A DNA stretch of 42,509 bases from Octopus bimaculoides (GCF_001194135.2 NC_068996.1:41324108-41366616); one strand, 5' to 3'. Numbered from the stretch's first letter, positions 12,199 to 24,099 are shown. The notes: generated from the letters alone by a model not told the origin. Translations and numbers: made by a program.

Positions 12199-12974
12199 AA
12201 TTTTTAACATCGTCTTCTACTTCACACTTGTATTCAGTGATAATCTCTTCCGCCTCTTTATTCCTCTTTTCTTCTTCATCGTCGTCATCGTCATCGTTGT
12301 TGTCATCATCGCAATGGCTTCGCGTTGTCGTCATCACCGTCGTCAAGTTGTCGTTCGTCAGTTATAGTTTCTCTTGGCCTGTGCCGACAGTTTATCGAAA
12401 CAAATACGAGCAAACAAATAATAATAATAAAAAATAATAATAAAGGAAAGAAAAAAAAATAATAAATACAACCCAGCATAAATTAATAAAAGAAAAATAT
12501 CAACGAATAACACAAAGAAAATAAAGAAGAAAAGACAAAAGAAAAGAAAAGAAAAAGAAACGAAAGAAGGGGGAAAAAAAACAAACTTCCAATCGTAATA
12601 TTCTGGTTGTCATGCAACTGTCGGTTATTTCCTCTTTGAAGTTTTGTTGCCACTGTAGTTAGTTGCTATATGTGATAACGTCTTCTTTTATGCCTTCCTC
12701 TCTCGGGGAAAGATTCTGGGAAGCTGGAATCTCGGAAATTTGGAAGCATGGAAGCTGGTTGATTGAGGAGAGTCAGACGGACGTCAGTGCGCAAGTCAAA
12801 CGCGATTAGTCGACATAAAAATCAAATTTGCTGTCAAATTTGACATAGGTTAACATTTAAGCTGCTCCTGATTATCATTGTAGATGGACAAGGAATAAGA
12901 GAGAGTTCAAAAGATCGAAGCGAGGATCGGAGGACAAACGAGTGACAGGAGATGACTGTAGGAGGTGGGTAACG

Positions 12975-13365
<391 letters not shown>

Positions 13366-13778
13366 GTTATTATTGCTGATTGAAAAAAAAACTAATAAAT
13401 AACAAAAAAGTAAGAGAAATACATAAAAATGTTATAAATCAAAATCAGAAGATAAAAGATCGATTAGAAGTTTGCACTGGAATAAAAAAAATGGATTTGA
13501 AGTGGAAAGTAAGGAACGTTTAAACGGTTATAGGTACAAGAATAGAATAGTCGAATGCTTGATGGAATCTGCAAAATAAAAGAGTAAACTGATTCACCGA
13601 TCAAGTCATAGGATATATGCATACATGTATGTACGTATTTGTGCATGTATGTATGCACATAGCTCTATATCAATCTATCTGCCATATCTCTATATCAATC
13701 TACCTGCCTAACGTGTAGACGTTACTTTATTCCAAGTTGGTACATATAACCCTTTGAAGAATTTAGGCCCTTACTTCT

Positions 13779-13780
<2 letters not shown>

Positions 13781-13860
<80 letters not shown>

Positions 13861-13869
13861 CGTCCATCC

Positions 13870-13907
<38 letters not shown>

Positions 13908-13908
13908 T

Positions 13909-13939
<31 letters not shown>

Positions 13940-13940
13940 C
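13781..13940. repeat. (TATC)n/(TGTC)n tetranucleotide microsatellite
   Basis: Directly visible. Confidence 0.95.
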
Positions 13941-14312
13941 CATACATACATTATTATGTGTGTATGTATATGTGGGTATTTATCTATTTATGGGTATGTG
14001 CATGCACCTGTCTTTATACCAATTTACCTGCATACCTACCTATATGTTTGTGTGTGAGCATGTGTGTGTATTTATGTATATGCATACGTATACATGCATT
14101 ATGTATATATGTATAACTACAAAAGACTGTGTGTGTATTTTTTTTTCACGTGTATGGTTATAAACATGATTGCAGTTAAGGGCTGCTGGGAATGACCAGC
14201 GCGAGTGCTAGAAATAGCTACCAAATACCTTCAATCCACTCAACAATTTGTCCTTTGTATTCAACTACAGGTACGAAAGCGAGGGGATGAGCAAGAAAAT
14301 ACCAAAATATTG

Positions 14313-14344
<32 letters not shown>

Positions 14345-15051
14345 ACAAGCATATATTAAATACAGACGTATATGTAAACAAGGGAGACAAGTAAACGTAT
14401 ATTAAATAGGATCCAAGATAAAATTTTTGATTTAATTAAGATAAGCAGACCATGTTGGATATCCTCTGGCTTGGTTTCGATCATATTTCCAAGGATCAAG
14501 AATTCTCGAAATTAATACGCATTTGTAAAGTGTTCTGCTATTTTTATTTATATGGAGAAAAAAAAAACTTTCTGCCTCAATAAGCGTCAACAACACAGCA
14601 ACTATGCTACTTTAATTCCGCCAGACATAAACCTTAGACATGAACAAAAGGAAGAAAATAAGTTCATGGCTTGAAGTAATTTTCTAACAAGTACGAATAA
14701 ATAGAGGTGTATTTAATATCATATAGGCATTCAAAACTATCATTGCATTAATAAACAGTGAAAATAAATGTTTGGTGGCAATTACGATCGCCTCTAAACG
14801 GAGAATAAGCTGAAGACTTAAGGATTTTCTGGAATAGATATATTATTTAGGAAAATACGAGACCAGCATTGCAGTGTGCATGTAGTTTTGATTTAATGGA
14901 CACTGTACATGCATACATACATACATACATACATGCATACATACATACATACGTTCGTACATATAATTATGTACATATTATGTGCGTAAATGCTTAATGA
15001 ACAGGTAAAGAACATTAATATATTAACATTTGATAATCAATTATTCAAGAA

Positions 15052-15111
15052 GGCGATACTCCAGCATGGCCACAATCGGATGACTGAAAGAAGTAAAAGA
15101 ATAAAAGAATA
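15052..15111 (+). mobile_element. 3' tail fragment of the composite SINE (group C tail)
   Basis: ggcgatactccagcatggccacaatcggatgactgaaagaagtaaaagaataaaagaata matches 27986-28042. Confidence 0.75.
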
Positions 15112-15232
15112 ACAGCTCATTAATAAACAACAACAAAAATAATAATAATAATAAACCTTTAAAACATGCATTATGAATCCATATCCGAATACAATATTTT
15201 CTGTGCGCCAATTGCATTTCATATATCCATGT

Positions 15233-15295
<63 letters not shown>

Positions 15296-15336
15296 CTACT
15301 ACTACTACTACTACTACTACTAATAATAATAATAAT
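15233..15336. repeat. (GTA)n-(TAC)n-(AAT)n microsatellite with internal strand flip
   Basis: About 20 GTA units switch at agtact (15292-15297) to about 9 TAC units, then AAT. Confidence 0.97.
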
Positions 15337-15337
15337 A

Positions 15338-15898
15338 GATGCAATACCAGGCAGTGGCTCACATGGTTTCTAATCTTAACTGATTGGAAGTGTTATAATG
15401 TACATTGTTTTGTCTTGGTATAAAAAGATGGGCTACAGCAAATATTCTGCTGAATACCACAGATTTGATTGTCAGTTGTTTGACCTTAACCAGTTAAGCA
15501 TGTCCCTTGGTGGCTGACGATATGTGCATCTCTGATCATGAGTAGAAGTAGTTGGAGAGCATCATGGCCATGTGTTGAGAGGAATTCTTTGGGGTTTGAA
15601 TAAATCACCTTTGCAAACATGGGTGCTTTGTTCATCATCCTTAAACAAACCTTATTCAGGGACCTTTTGAGTGGGATGGTTGCTCAACCTGAAGAAAATT
15701 CTAACTGGGCCACACCTGCAAGGTCATGTGCTGGTTATCTTGTTATAAGATCACCATGTTGTGTACATATGGTTGTGATGCATGTGCCTGATGTACCCTT
15801 ATCAGTCGGGTAGTCATGATGGGTATAATGGGCTTCGTATATTTTATCCCCGTGTCACTTTGATGGCATGCACTGCTCTCTCACCCAATAATAATAAT
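15338..15898 (+). mobile_element. Non-coding interspersed element bounded by (AAT)n on both sides; probable long 3' UTR or non-autonomous derivative of a Dong-like LINE
   Basis: About 550 nt of complex sequence starting right after (AAT)n and ending ...gcactgctctctcacccaataataataat. No convincing coding motif. Only one copy in the window, so repeat status rests on the flanks and on recall. Confidence 0.5.
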
Positions 15899-16058
15899 AG
15901 TAGCAGCGATGATTTCTGTCTTTGGTCACAAGAGTGAGGCATAGAGTGCGAAGAAAATTTGCGAAATATCTTGCAAAAACTAATGTAATAAGCTTAAAGG
16001 AAGAGAATGTACCCGGTAAGAATTACATTTATCTCGTGTCAGTCAACTACGATCTCGA

Positions 16059-16218
16059 GGCGGTGTGGTAAGAAGCTTGCTTCCTGACGACATGGTTCTC
16101 TGTTCAATCCCACCGCGTAACAATTTGGGCAAGTGTATTCCACTTTAGCCTCGGACCCACCAAGGCCTTCTGAGTGGATTTGGTAGCCGGAAACTGGAAG
16201 GAGCCCGTCGTATATATG
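16059..16218 (+). mobile_element. tRNA-derived SINE group B (CORE-like tttgggcaagtg segment) running into (TACA)n
   Basis: Colinear with 27633-27790: gtgtggtaagaagcttgct..gttcaatccc..tttgggcaagtgt..tagcctcgg..gtggatttggtag.cggaaactg. Confidence 0.85.
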
Positions 16219-16234
16219 TACATACATACATACA

Positions 16235-16268
<34 letters not shown>

Positions 16269-16875
16269 CACACACACATATNNNNNNNNNNNNNNNNNNN
16301 NNNNNNNNNNNNNNNNNNNNNNNNNNNNNNNNNNNNNNNNNNNNNNNNNNNNNNNNNNNNNNNNNNNNNNNNNNNNNNNNNNNNNNNNNNNNNNNNNNNN
16401 NNNNNNNNNNNNNNNNNNNNNNNNNNNNNNNNNNNNNNNNNNNNNNNNNNNNNNNNNNNNNNNNNNNNNNNNNNNNNNNNNNNNNNNNNNNNNNNNNNNN
16501 NNNNNNNNNNNNNNNNNNNNNNNNNNNNNNNNNNNNNNNNNNNNNNNNNNNNNNNNNNNNNNNNNNNNNNNNNNNNNNNNNNNNNNNNNNNNNNNNNNNN
16601 NNNNNNNNNNNNNNNNNNNNNNNNNNNNNNNNNNNNNNNNNNNNNNNNNNNNNNNNNNNNNNNNNNNNNNNNNNNNNNNNNNNNNNNNNNNNNNNNNNNN
16701 NNNNNNNNNNNNNNNNNNNNNNNNNNNNNNNNNNNNNNNNNNNNNNNNNNNNNNNNNNNNNNNNNNNNNNNNNNTTTCTTCTTCACCCCACTTTTTGTTC
16801 ATTTTCGAAAAGGAAAGCTCTACATTTGTATTTCTCCCCTCTGCGTTCAGCCTTGTGTGGCCAATAAAGAAAGTT

Positions 16876-17018
16876 ATCTATCTATCTATCTACTATCTAT
16901 CTATCTACTATCTATCTATCTATCTATCTGTCTGTCTGTCTGTCCGTCTGTCCGTCTGTCTGTCTGTCTGTCAGCTATCTATCTATCCATTTATGTATCT
17001 ACCAACCTATCTACATTA

Positions 17019-17062
<44 letters not shown>

Positions 17063-17090
17063 CTGTCTGTCTGTCTGTTTGTCTGTCAGC
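16876..17090. repeat. (TATC)(TGTC)(CT)(TA) compound microsatellite
   Basis: Directly visible. Confidence 0.95.
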
Positions 17091-17094
17091 TTGT

Positions 17095-17243
17095 CGGGCT
17101 TCTTTCAGTTTCTTTCTACCAAATCAATTCACAAGGTTTAGGTCGACCCGAAGCTATACAAGAAGACACCTGCCCACGGTGCCACGCAGTGGAGCTGAAC
17201 CCGGACTATGTGATTGAGAGCAAGCTTCTTACCACACAACCAC
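17095..17243 (-). mobile_element. SINE group B
   Basis: Reverse complement: gtggttgtgtggtaagaagcttgct..ccgggttcagctccactgcgtggcaccgtgggcaggtgtcttct..gaaactgaaagaagcccg. Confidence 0.85.
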
Positions 17244-17469
17244 ACAAACACACATGTGCCCATATATACCGTAATGAAGCGGAAACATTCCATTCGTTGT
17301 TTCGTGGTACTCCGGTCTTACTTATCCGGTCAAGTCGTAATTGAAAATAAATTATCCCGTACATAATTCTCTGTTAGGGGTTACGGTGTACTGCAGGTGG
17401 ATTCCGTTGATTTTCCCGATATACTGAAGAATCCTTGGTTAGATATTGAGACTGAGAGCGGATATTGAC

Positions 17470-18323
17470 TCTCTCTCCGTCTCTCCGTCTCTGCGCTTCT
17501 TCCACTATCTCCCTCTGTGTTTCATTCTCTCTCTCTCTCCCTCTGCGTTCCTCTCTCTCTCGCTGCGTTTCTTCCTTTTCTCTCTATGTTTCTCTCTGCG
17601 TTTCCTTCTTTCTCTTTCTTTCTTTCTTTCTTTCTCTCTCTCTCTGCATTTCTTTTTTTCTTTCTCTCTCTCTCTCTCTCTCTGCATTTCTTTCTCTCTC
17701 TCTCTGCATTTCTTTCTCTCTCTCTCTCTCTCTCTCTGTATTTCTTTCTCTCTCTCTCTCTCTGTATTTNNNNNNNNNNNNNNNNNNNNNNNNNNNNNNN
17801 NNNNNNNNNNNNNNNNNNNNNNNNNNNNNNNNNNNNNNNNNNNNNNNNNNNNNNNNNNNNNNNNNNNNNNNNNNNNNNNNNNNNNNNNNNNNNNNNNNNN
17901 NNNNNNNNNNNNNNNNNNNNNNNNNNNNNNNNNNNNNNNNNNNNNNNNNNNNNNNNNNNNNNNNNNNNNNNNNNNNNNNNNNNNNNNNNNNNNNNNNNNN
18001 NNNNNNNNNNNNNNNNNNNNNNNNNNNNNNNNNNNNNNNNNNNNNNNNNNNNNNNNNNNNNNNNNNNNNNNNNNNNNNNNNNNNNNNNNNNNNNNNNNNN
18101 NNNNNNNNNNNNNNNNNNNNNNNNNNNNNNNNNNNNNNNNNNNNNNNNNNNNNNNNNNNNNNNNNNNNNNNNNNNNNNNNNNNNNNNNNNNNNNNNNNNN
18201 NNNNNNNNNNNNNNNNNNNNNNNNNNNNNNNNNNNNNNNNNNNNNNNNNNNNNNNNNNNNNNNNNNNNNNNNNNNNNNNNNNNNNNNNNNNNNNNNNNNN
18301 NNNNNNNNNNNNNNNNNNNNNNN

Positions 18324-18372
<49 letters not shown>

Positions 18373-18660
18373 TCCCCTCTCTCTCTCTGCATTCCTCTCT
18401 CTCTCTGCCTTTTCTCTCTCTCTCTCTCTGCATTCCTCTCTCTCTCTCTCTCGCTGCGTTTCTTTCTTTTCTCTCTTTCATTCACTTTCTCTGCGTTTTA
18501 TCTGTCTCTCTGCGTTTCCTTCTTTCTCTTTCTCTCTTTCTCTCTCTAACTCTCTCTCTCTTTCTGTGATTCTTTCTCCCTCTCTGCCTTTTCTCCCTGT
18601 CTCTCTCGGCGTTTCCATCTCTCTCGACGTTTTCACTCTCTCTCTCTCTCTCTCTCACTC
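17470..18660. repeat. About 1.2-kb CT-rich polypyrimidine low-complexity tract (contains a gap)
   Basis: (CT)n interspersed with recurring ctgcattt/ctgcgttt units. Confidence 0.95.
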
Positions 18661-18825
18661 TTTTTTCATACTTCCTATTTCGAATATTCATTTGGGTGGT
18701 TGGCATTTTCGGTGTTGTTTGAAGTATTAGTGACTCAGTGAGAGTGATAAGTCATAATACAAAGTTTAGGTAGAATTTCGAATTTAGCTACAGAAATATT
18801 TTCATCATCATCATTATCATAAAGC

Positions 18826-19038
18826 ACTAGCTGATCCCGTGTCGTCAAAAATGACGGCTAATTGTAGGATTTTATGTATAAATATGGATGGTAAATCAAA
18901 TTAATACACTCATCAATGTTATCAAGGGGTTGTCTTTTGGGATGTGACATCGATCATCGTTTGTTATTGAAAGAACCNNNNNNNNNNTTCATATGTTGTG
19001 ACGGAGAAAAACACAAGAGTATTATTATAGTAGAAGAC
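18826..19038 (+). mobile_element. Candidate non-autonomous Helitron/Helentron-type (HINE-like) element
   Basis: Starts actagctgatcccg, followed by a subterminal hairpin gtcgtca-aaaa-tgacggc, and ends tattattatagtagaaga. These termini resemble Lep1/DINE-1-like elements. Confidence 0.45.
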
Positions 19039-19517
19039 TCGATAAAATAAACTGTTTTTCTTTCTGGTTGCTGTCCAATGTACGGGAAATATCAAAAGTT
19101 TAATGTAAATAAATATTTTATATCACATCCTCCTCCCACTGAACTGCCTACACCCTACTTCCAACTACGTCTTTCTGCCTTTTTCTTCACTCATTGTACC
19201 ATTAAATTCTCTCGCATTATGATCTGAACCTCTAATTGCCAATCTTTCCACCTTCAAGATGTTTATATATATGAACTATTGCTTGCATATCACTGATTGT
19301 TTTGCACACACACCATCTGCCAACATTACAACTATTGCGCAATTCCGAGTCCCCAGAAACAGCTGTTAAATCTGATATACCATGCACTCTCCTCTTCGTT
19401 TACCGTACTTATTGTACTACACGTAAATTTATTCTGAAAAAAATTTAAATGTATATAATAGCACGGGTGTCCATCTGCTAAATATTTTCAGTGTTTGCTT
19501 TTCTCCCTATATATCCT

Positions 19518-19746
19518 GGGCGGCGAGCTGGCAGAAACGTTAGCACATCGGGCGAAATGCTTAGCGGCATTTCGTCTGCCGTTACGTTCTGAGTTCAAAT
19601 TCCGCCGAGGTCGACTTTGCCCTTCATCCTTTCGGGGTCGATAAATAAATTATCCGTAAGGCACTGGGGTCGATGTAATCGACTTAATCCCTTTGTCTGT
19701 CCTTGTTTGTCCACTCTATGTTTAGCCCCTTGTGGGCAATAAAGAA

Positions 19747-19748
<2 letters not shown>
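19518..19748 (+). mobile_element. Young SINE group A copy (tail type 2) followed by (TA)/(TG)n
   Basis: gggcggcgagctggcagaaacgttagc..gagttcaaattcc (B-box-like)..gtcgactttgcccttcatcctttcggggtcgataaa..cactggggtcgatgtaatcgac..gccccttgtgggcaataaagaaata. Confidence 0.92.
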
Positions 19749-19792
<44 letters not shown>

Positions 19793-20599
19793 ATGTATAT
19801 ATATGTATATATATAAATGTATANNNNNNNNNNNNNNNNNNNNNNNNNNNNNNNNNNNNNNNNNNNNNNNNNNNNNNNNNNNNNNNNNNNNNNNNNNNNN
19901 NNNNNNNNNNNNNNNNNNNNNNNNNNNNNNNNNNNNNNNNNNNNNNNNNNNNNNNNNNNNNNNNNNNNNNNNNNNNNNNNNNNNNNNNNNNNNNNNNNNN
20001 NNNNNNNNNNNNNNNNNNNNNNNNNNNNNNNNNNNNNNNNNNNNNNNNNNNNNNNNNNNNNNNNNNNNNNNNNNNNNNNNNNNNNNNNNNNNNNNNNNNN
20101 NNNNNNNNNNNNNNNNNNNNNNNNNNNNNNNNNNNNNNNNNNNNNNNNNNNNNNNNNNNNNNNNNNNNNNNNNNNNNNNNNNNNNNNNNNNNNNNNNNNN
20201 NNNNNNNNNNNNNNNNNNNNNNNNNNNNNNNNNNNNNNNNNNNNNNNNNNNNNNNNNNNNNNNNNNNNNNNNNNNNNNNNNNNNNNNNNNNNNNNNNNNN
20301 NNNNNNNNNNNNNNNNNNNNNNNNNNNNNNNNNNNNNNNNNNNNNNNNNNNNNNNNNNNNNNNNNNNNNNNNNNNNNNNNNNNNNNNNNNNNNNNNNNNN
20401 NNNNNNNNNNNNNNNNNNNNNNNNNNNNNNNNNNNNNNNNNNNNNNNNNNNNNNNNNNNNNNNNNNNNNNNNNNNNNNNNNNNNNNNNNNNNNNNNNNNN
20501 NNNNNNNNNNNNNNNNNNNNNNNNNNNNNNNNNNNNNNNNNNNNNCGTTTGTTTTCCTGTCTTGTTTTCTTTTCCGTTGTTTTCCTGTCTTGTTTTTTG

Positions 20600-21200
20600 T
20601 CCGCCACTACTTTCCTCCATGGCACAGGTTTAATTTGCGGTCCATGGGAAGAGCCGTTTTAACGATGCGTCCTGCCCAACTCTTCGAAACGCCGGTGTTA
20701 AAACGGGGGTAGCTGATGAAGGAAAATGTTCTCTATGTGGCTTGTGTGTTTTCTGTACTCTGGTTATTATTATTTTCTTGTCTACGTGTTGTTTGCAATG
20801 TCCTGTACCCAGATATGCACCTATATGTACAGGTAGACATAGGTATGAACATACCTGTACATATATATGCATATACTCACTTATTATTTGTGGGCATCGG
20901 TGCCGATTTTCTCTTTCTCCGTTTTTCCATTCTTTGAACTTTCCGTCTTTCCGACGAAGGGCTCCGNNNNNNNNNNTCGTTGCTCACCTATTCTTCTACT
21001 TCCTCCCTTTGTTTCTCCCTCAACCATTCTCTCTCTCTCTCCCTTACCCCTGCATGGTCACATGCTTCCGGTCAATATCCTTTTCTTCCTTGGCTATCGT
21101 CGAGGAAACACGCGAACTTACTTCGTCCCCACTTTCAAGTTCGTGCCTCACAGCGTTCATATACACATAATCTTTCACGTCTGGCCGCATAGCCTTTTCC
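20600..21200. repeat. Interspersed repeat, possibly a Penelope-type pseudo-LTR remnant
   Basis: 20800-20875 is homologous to 30363-30440 (gtcctgtaccca(g/c)atatgcac...tagac(a/g)ta(g/a)gtatg). Contains ctgatgaagg (20713) and ccgacgaagggctccg (20951) motifs reminiscent of Penelope LTR hammerhead cores. Confidence 0.4.
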
Positions 21201-21780
21201 GTTTGTTTTCCTGTCTTGTTTTCTTTTCCGTTGTTTTNNNNNNNNNNNNNNNNNNNNNNNNNNNNNNNNNNNNNNNNNNNNNNNNNNNNNNNNNNNNNNN
21301 NNNNNNNNNNNNNNNNNNNNNNNNNNNNNNNNNNNNNNNNNNNNNNNNNNNNNNNNNNNNNNNNNNNNNNNNNNNNNNNNNNNNNNNNNNNNNNNNNNNN
21401 NNNNNNNNNNNNNNNNNNNNNNNNNNNNNNNNNNNNNNNNNNNNNNNNNNNNNNNNNNNNNNNNNNNNNNNNNNNNNNNNNNNNNNNNNNNNNNNNNNNN
21501 NNNNNNNNNNNNNNNNNNNNNNNNNNNNNNNNNNNNNNNNNNNNNNNNNNNNNNNNNNNNNNNNNNNNNNNNNNNNNNNNNNNNNNNNNNNNNNNNNNNN
21601 NNNNNNNNNNNNNNNNNNNNNNNNNNNNNNNNNNNNNNNNNNNNNNNNNNNNNNNNNNNNNNNNNNNNNNNNNNNNNNNNNNNNNNNNNNNNNNNNNNNN
21701 NNNNNNNNNNNNNNNNNNNNNNNNNNNNNNNNNNNNNNNNNNNNNNNNNNNNNNNNNNNNNNNNNNNNNNNNNNNNNNNN

Positions 21781-21813
<33 letters not shown>

Positions 21814-24099
21814 GCTAGGGAATTACAAAATCCTAACTTACAACGAAATACAATTTGATAATATCAAATTGAGTTGTATATTGAAAAATATTCTAATAAT
21901 TTAAAGAATCACCATGGTGCAACTCGCACGAAGAAAGAGATCAGACACCGTCAAGAAAAGTGTACTATACAAAACTAGTTTAAAAATCTAAAAAATCCAA
22001 GGGGGAATTTATAATACATAAAATCTATGAAATATTGGACTTAGAATTAAAATCGGTTACGTTTAAGAAACAAAAGTGAGAGAAAGACTATGCACGTTTC
22101 ATGACCTCATAATAGTGGGAAATATCTGGTCAATCTATAATGAATCGAAAAAGATAGATACCACCCAATATCAGGTCACTCTTCAGGTCCGGTAACTTCA
22201 AAAAACGTATCTTAAATTTAAAAATACATAAAATCAGAAAAGTATAAAAATCTGTTCGTTTAAGCAACATTTAGTACAAAGGAAATTGTCATGGTTTTAT
22301 AATAAAACACATCAAATAGCAATAAATATCTGTCAAATCAAAGGCATAAAACGTCAATTGGGGAGATAATATCTGTAGATAAGGAAAAGGAAACATATAT
22401 AACGAAAGTGTGATAAGCTAGTAAAGGGAAACAACTTGCAAAGATATAAGGAAACAAACCCACATCACTTAACTTAACGAGGAAACTTGATTGACTGAGG
22501 TACTATCCAAAGGCAAAGTAATATATACTATGTGTATCACGTGACAAAATGGCGCCCACCCCATGATCACAAATGTCAAACTAACGTTTAGAACTAAAAC
22601 ACGTGAGATACGAGACAGCATGGCATGGAAGGAGAAGAGGGAAGAAAAACTAAGAAGAAATGATGATAAGGTAAGTGGTTAGTCCTGGAATCAAATAATA
22701 TTGATGGTATGTAAAAGAGTAGAAGAAAAATAGTGAAATAAGTGATGGGAGCAAACGTGTACAAGTAATTAAGGGTACGTAAAATATACAATAACTAAAA
22801 AAGGAAGCTACTTACCACACAGCCACTCATACACACACACACACACATACACACACACATATATATATACATATATAGATACATATATGTTTATATATAT
22901 ACATATATATATATATANNNNNNNNNNNNNNNNNNNNNNNNNNNNNNNNNNNNNNNNNNNNNNNNNNNNNNNNNNNNNNNNNNNNNNNNNNNNNNNNNNN
23001 NNNNNNNNNNNNNNNNNNNNNNNNNNNNNNNNNNNNNNNNNNNNNNNNNNNNNNNNNNNNNNNNNNNNNNNNNNNNNNNNNNNNNNNNNNNNNNNNNNNN
23101 NNNNNNNNNNNNNNNNNNNNNNNNNNNNNNNNNNNNNNNNNNNNNNNNNNNNNNNNNNNNNNNNNNNNNNNNNNNNNNNNNNNNNNNNNNNNNNNNNNNN
23201 NNNNNNNNNNNNNNNNNNNNNNNNNNNNNNNNNNNNNNNNNNNNNNNNNNNNNNNNNNNNNNNNNNNNNNNNNNNNNNNNTATATATGTATGTATATATG
23301 TATATATATGTATATATATATATGTGTATATATATATATGTATATTCTAAATGCCTTCACGTACATTCAGATCGAGGTAAAGTGTTATAACAGGTCTGTT
23401 TCAAGTGTGGTACCGTGGATATTTATATATATATACAAAGAAGTCAATTTGTAGACAACGGACAAACCTCGTTTGAGCGTATAAAGCTCTAGAAAGACAT
23501 ACCTTGAGTGAAAAATCTCAACCCGCTTTAGGATAGCTTTTTCTAACACATGACCGCCGAGTGGCGTGGTTATTAATAAAGACTTATCGGCTGTATGTAG
23601 CCCATAGCAGTCATACGTACGCATGCGTGACCGCACGTACAACGTTCTTCGATACAGGAAGAAATGTGAACATTGTATTTAAATAGACGGAGTGCAAAAG
23701 ATTTTAAGTAAGTAATGTTGTAGGGGAACGTACAAATACCGTGAAAACATAAATATTTACGCACGACAAAGTTAAAATACACTGAAGTAAATTTTTAGTC
23801 AGATTTGCAAAACTGAGTTTAAACTCACTGCGTGAACAAAAATTAAGAATAACTAAATTATTTTTTAGGGAGAACGTACAAAAACCGTAACAACAGAGAA
23901 TTTTCGACAATTTGTAGACAGAAGTTTGTGTGTTAGTTAAAGAGAGAGAGAGAGAAGAGAGTGAGAGAGAAAGAGAGAGACAGAGGCAGTGAAAGAAACA
24001 GACATAGACTAAAAGAGAGGTACTATAACAGGGTGAGATAGAATATGTGTAAGTAACAGAAACAAAGAATGAGAAAAAAGAGAGAAAAGAGAAATAACG

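Noticed and set aside
12584-12750. Minus-strand short ORFs (MLPNFRDSS..., MTTRILRLE|gtttgt) as a first exon
   Set aside because: Very short, with a weak donor and no supporting promoter evidence.
20680-20725. Permuted (type II) hammerhead: GAAAC..CTGATGA
   Set aside because: No stem I can form between the putative NUH and CUGAUGA, and stem II pairing is only about 3 bp.
20546-21237. 38-nt direct repeat cgtttgttttcctgtcttgttttcttttccgttgtttt at both ends (LTR-like)
   Set aside because: Both copies abut assembly gaps and are internally repetitive; probably a tandem repeat or contig-end duplication.
21900-22500. Possible decayed Penelope N-terminal region (IISVDK resembling IIKPADKG)
   Set aside because: A single weak motif with many stops.
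16104-23390. 200-420 aa ORFs spanning N runs, SL/RE dipeptide repeats
   Set aside because: Open only because of Ns and (CT)n/(GA)n; no coding signal.
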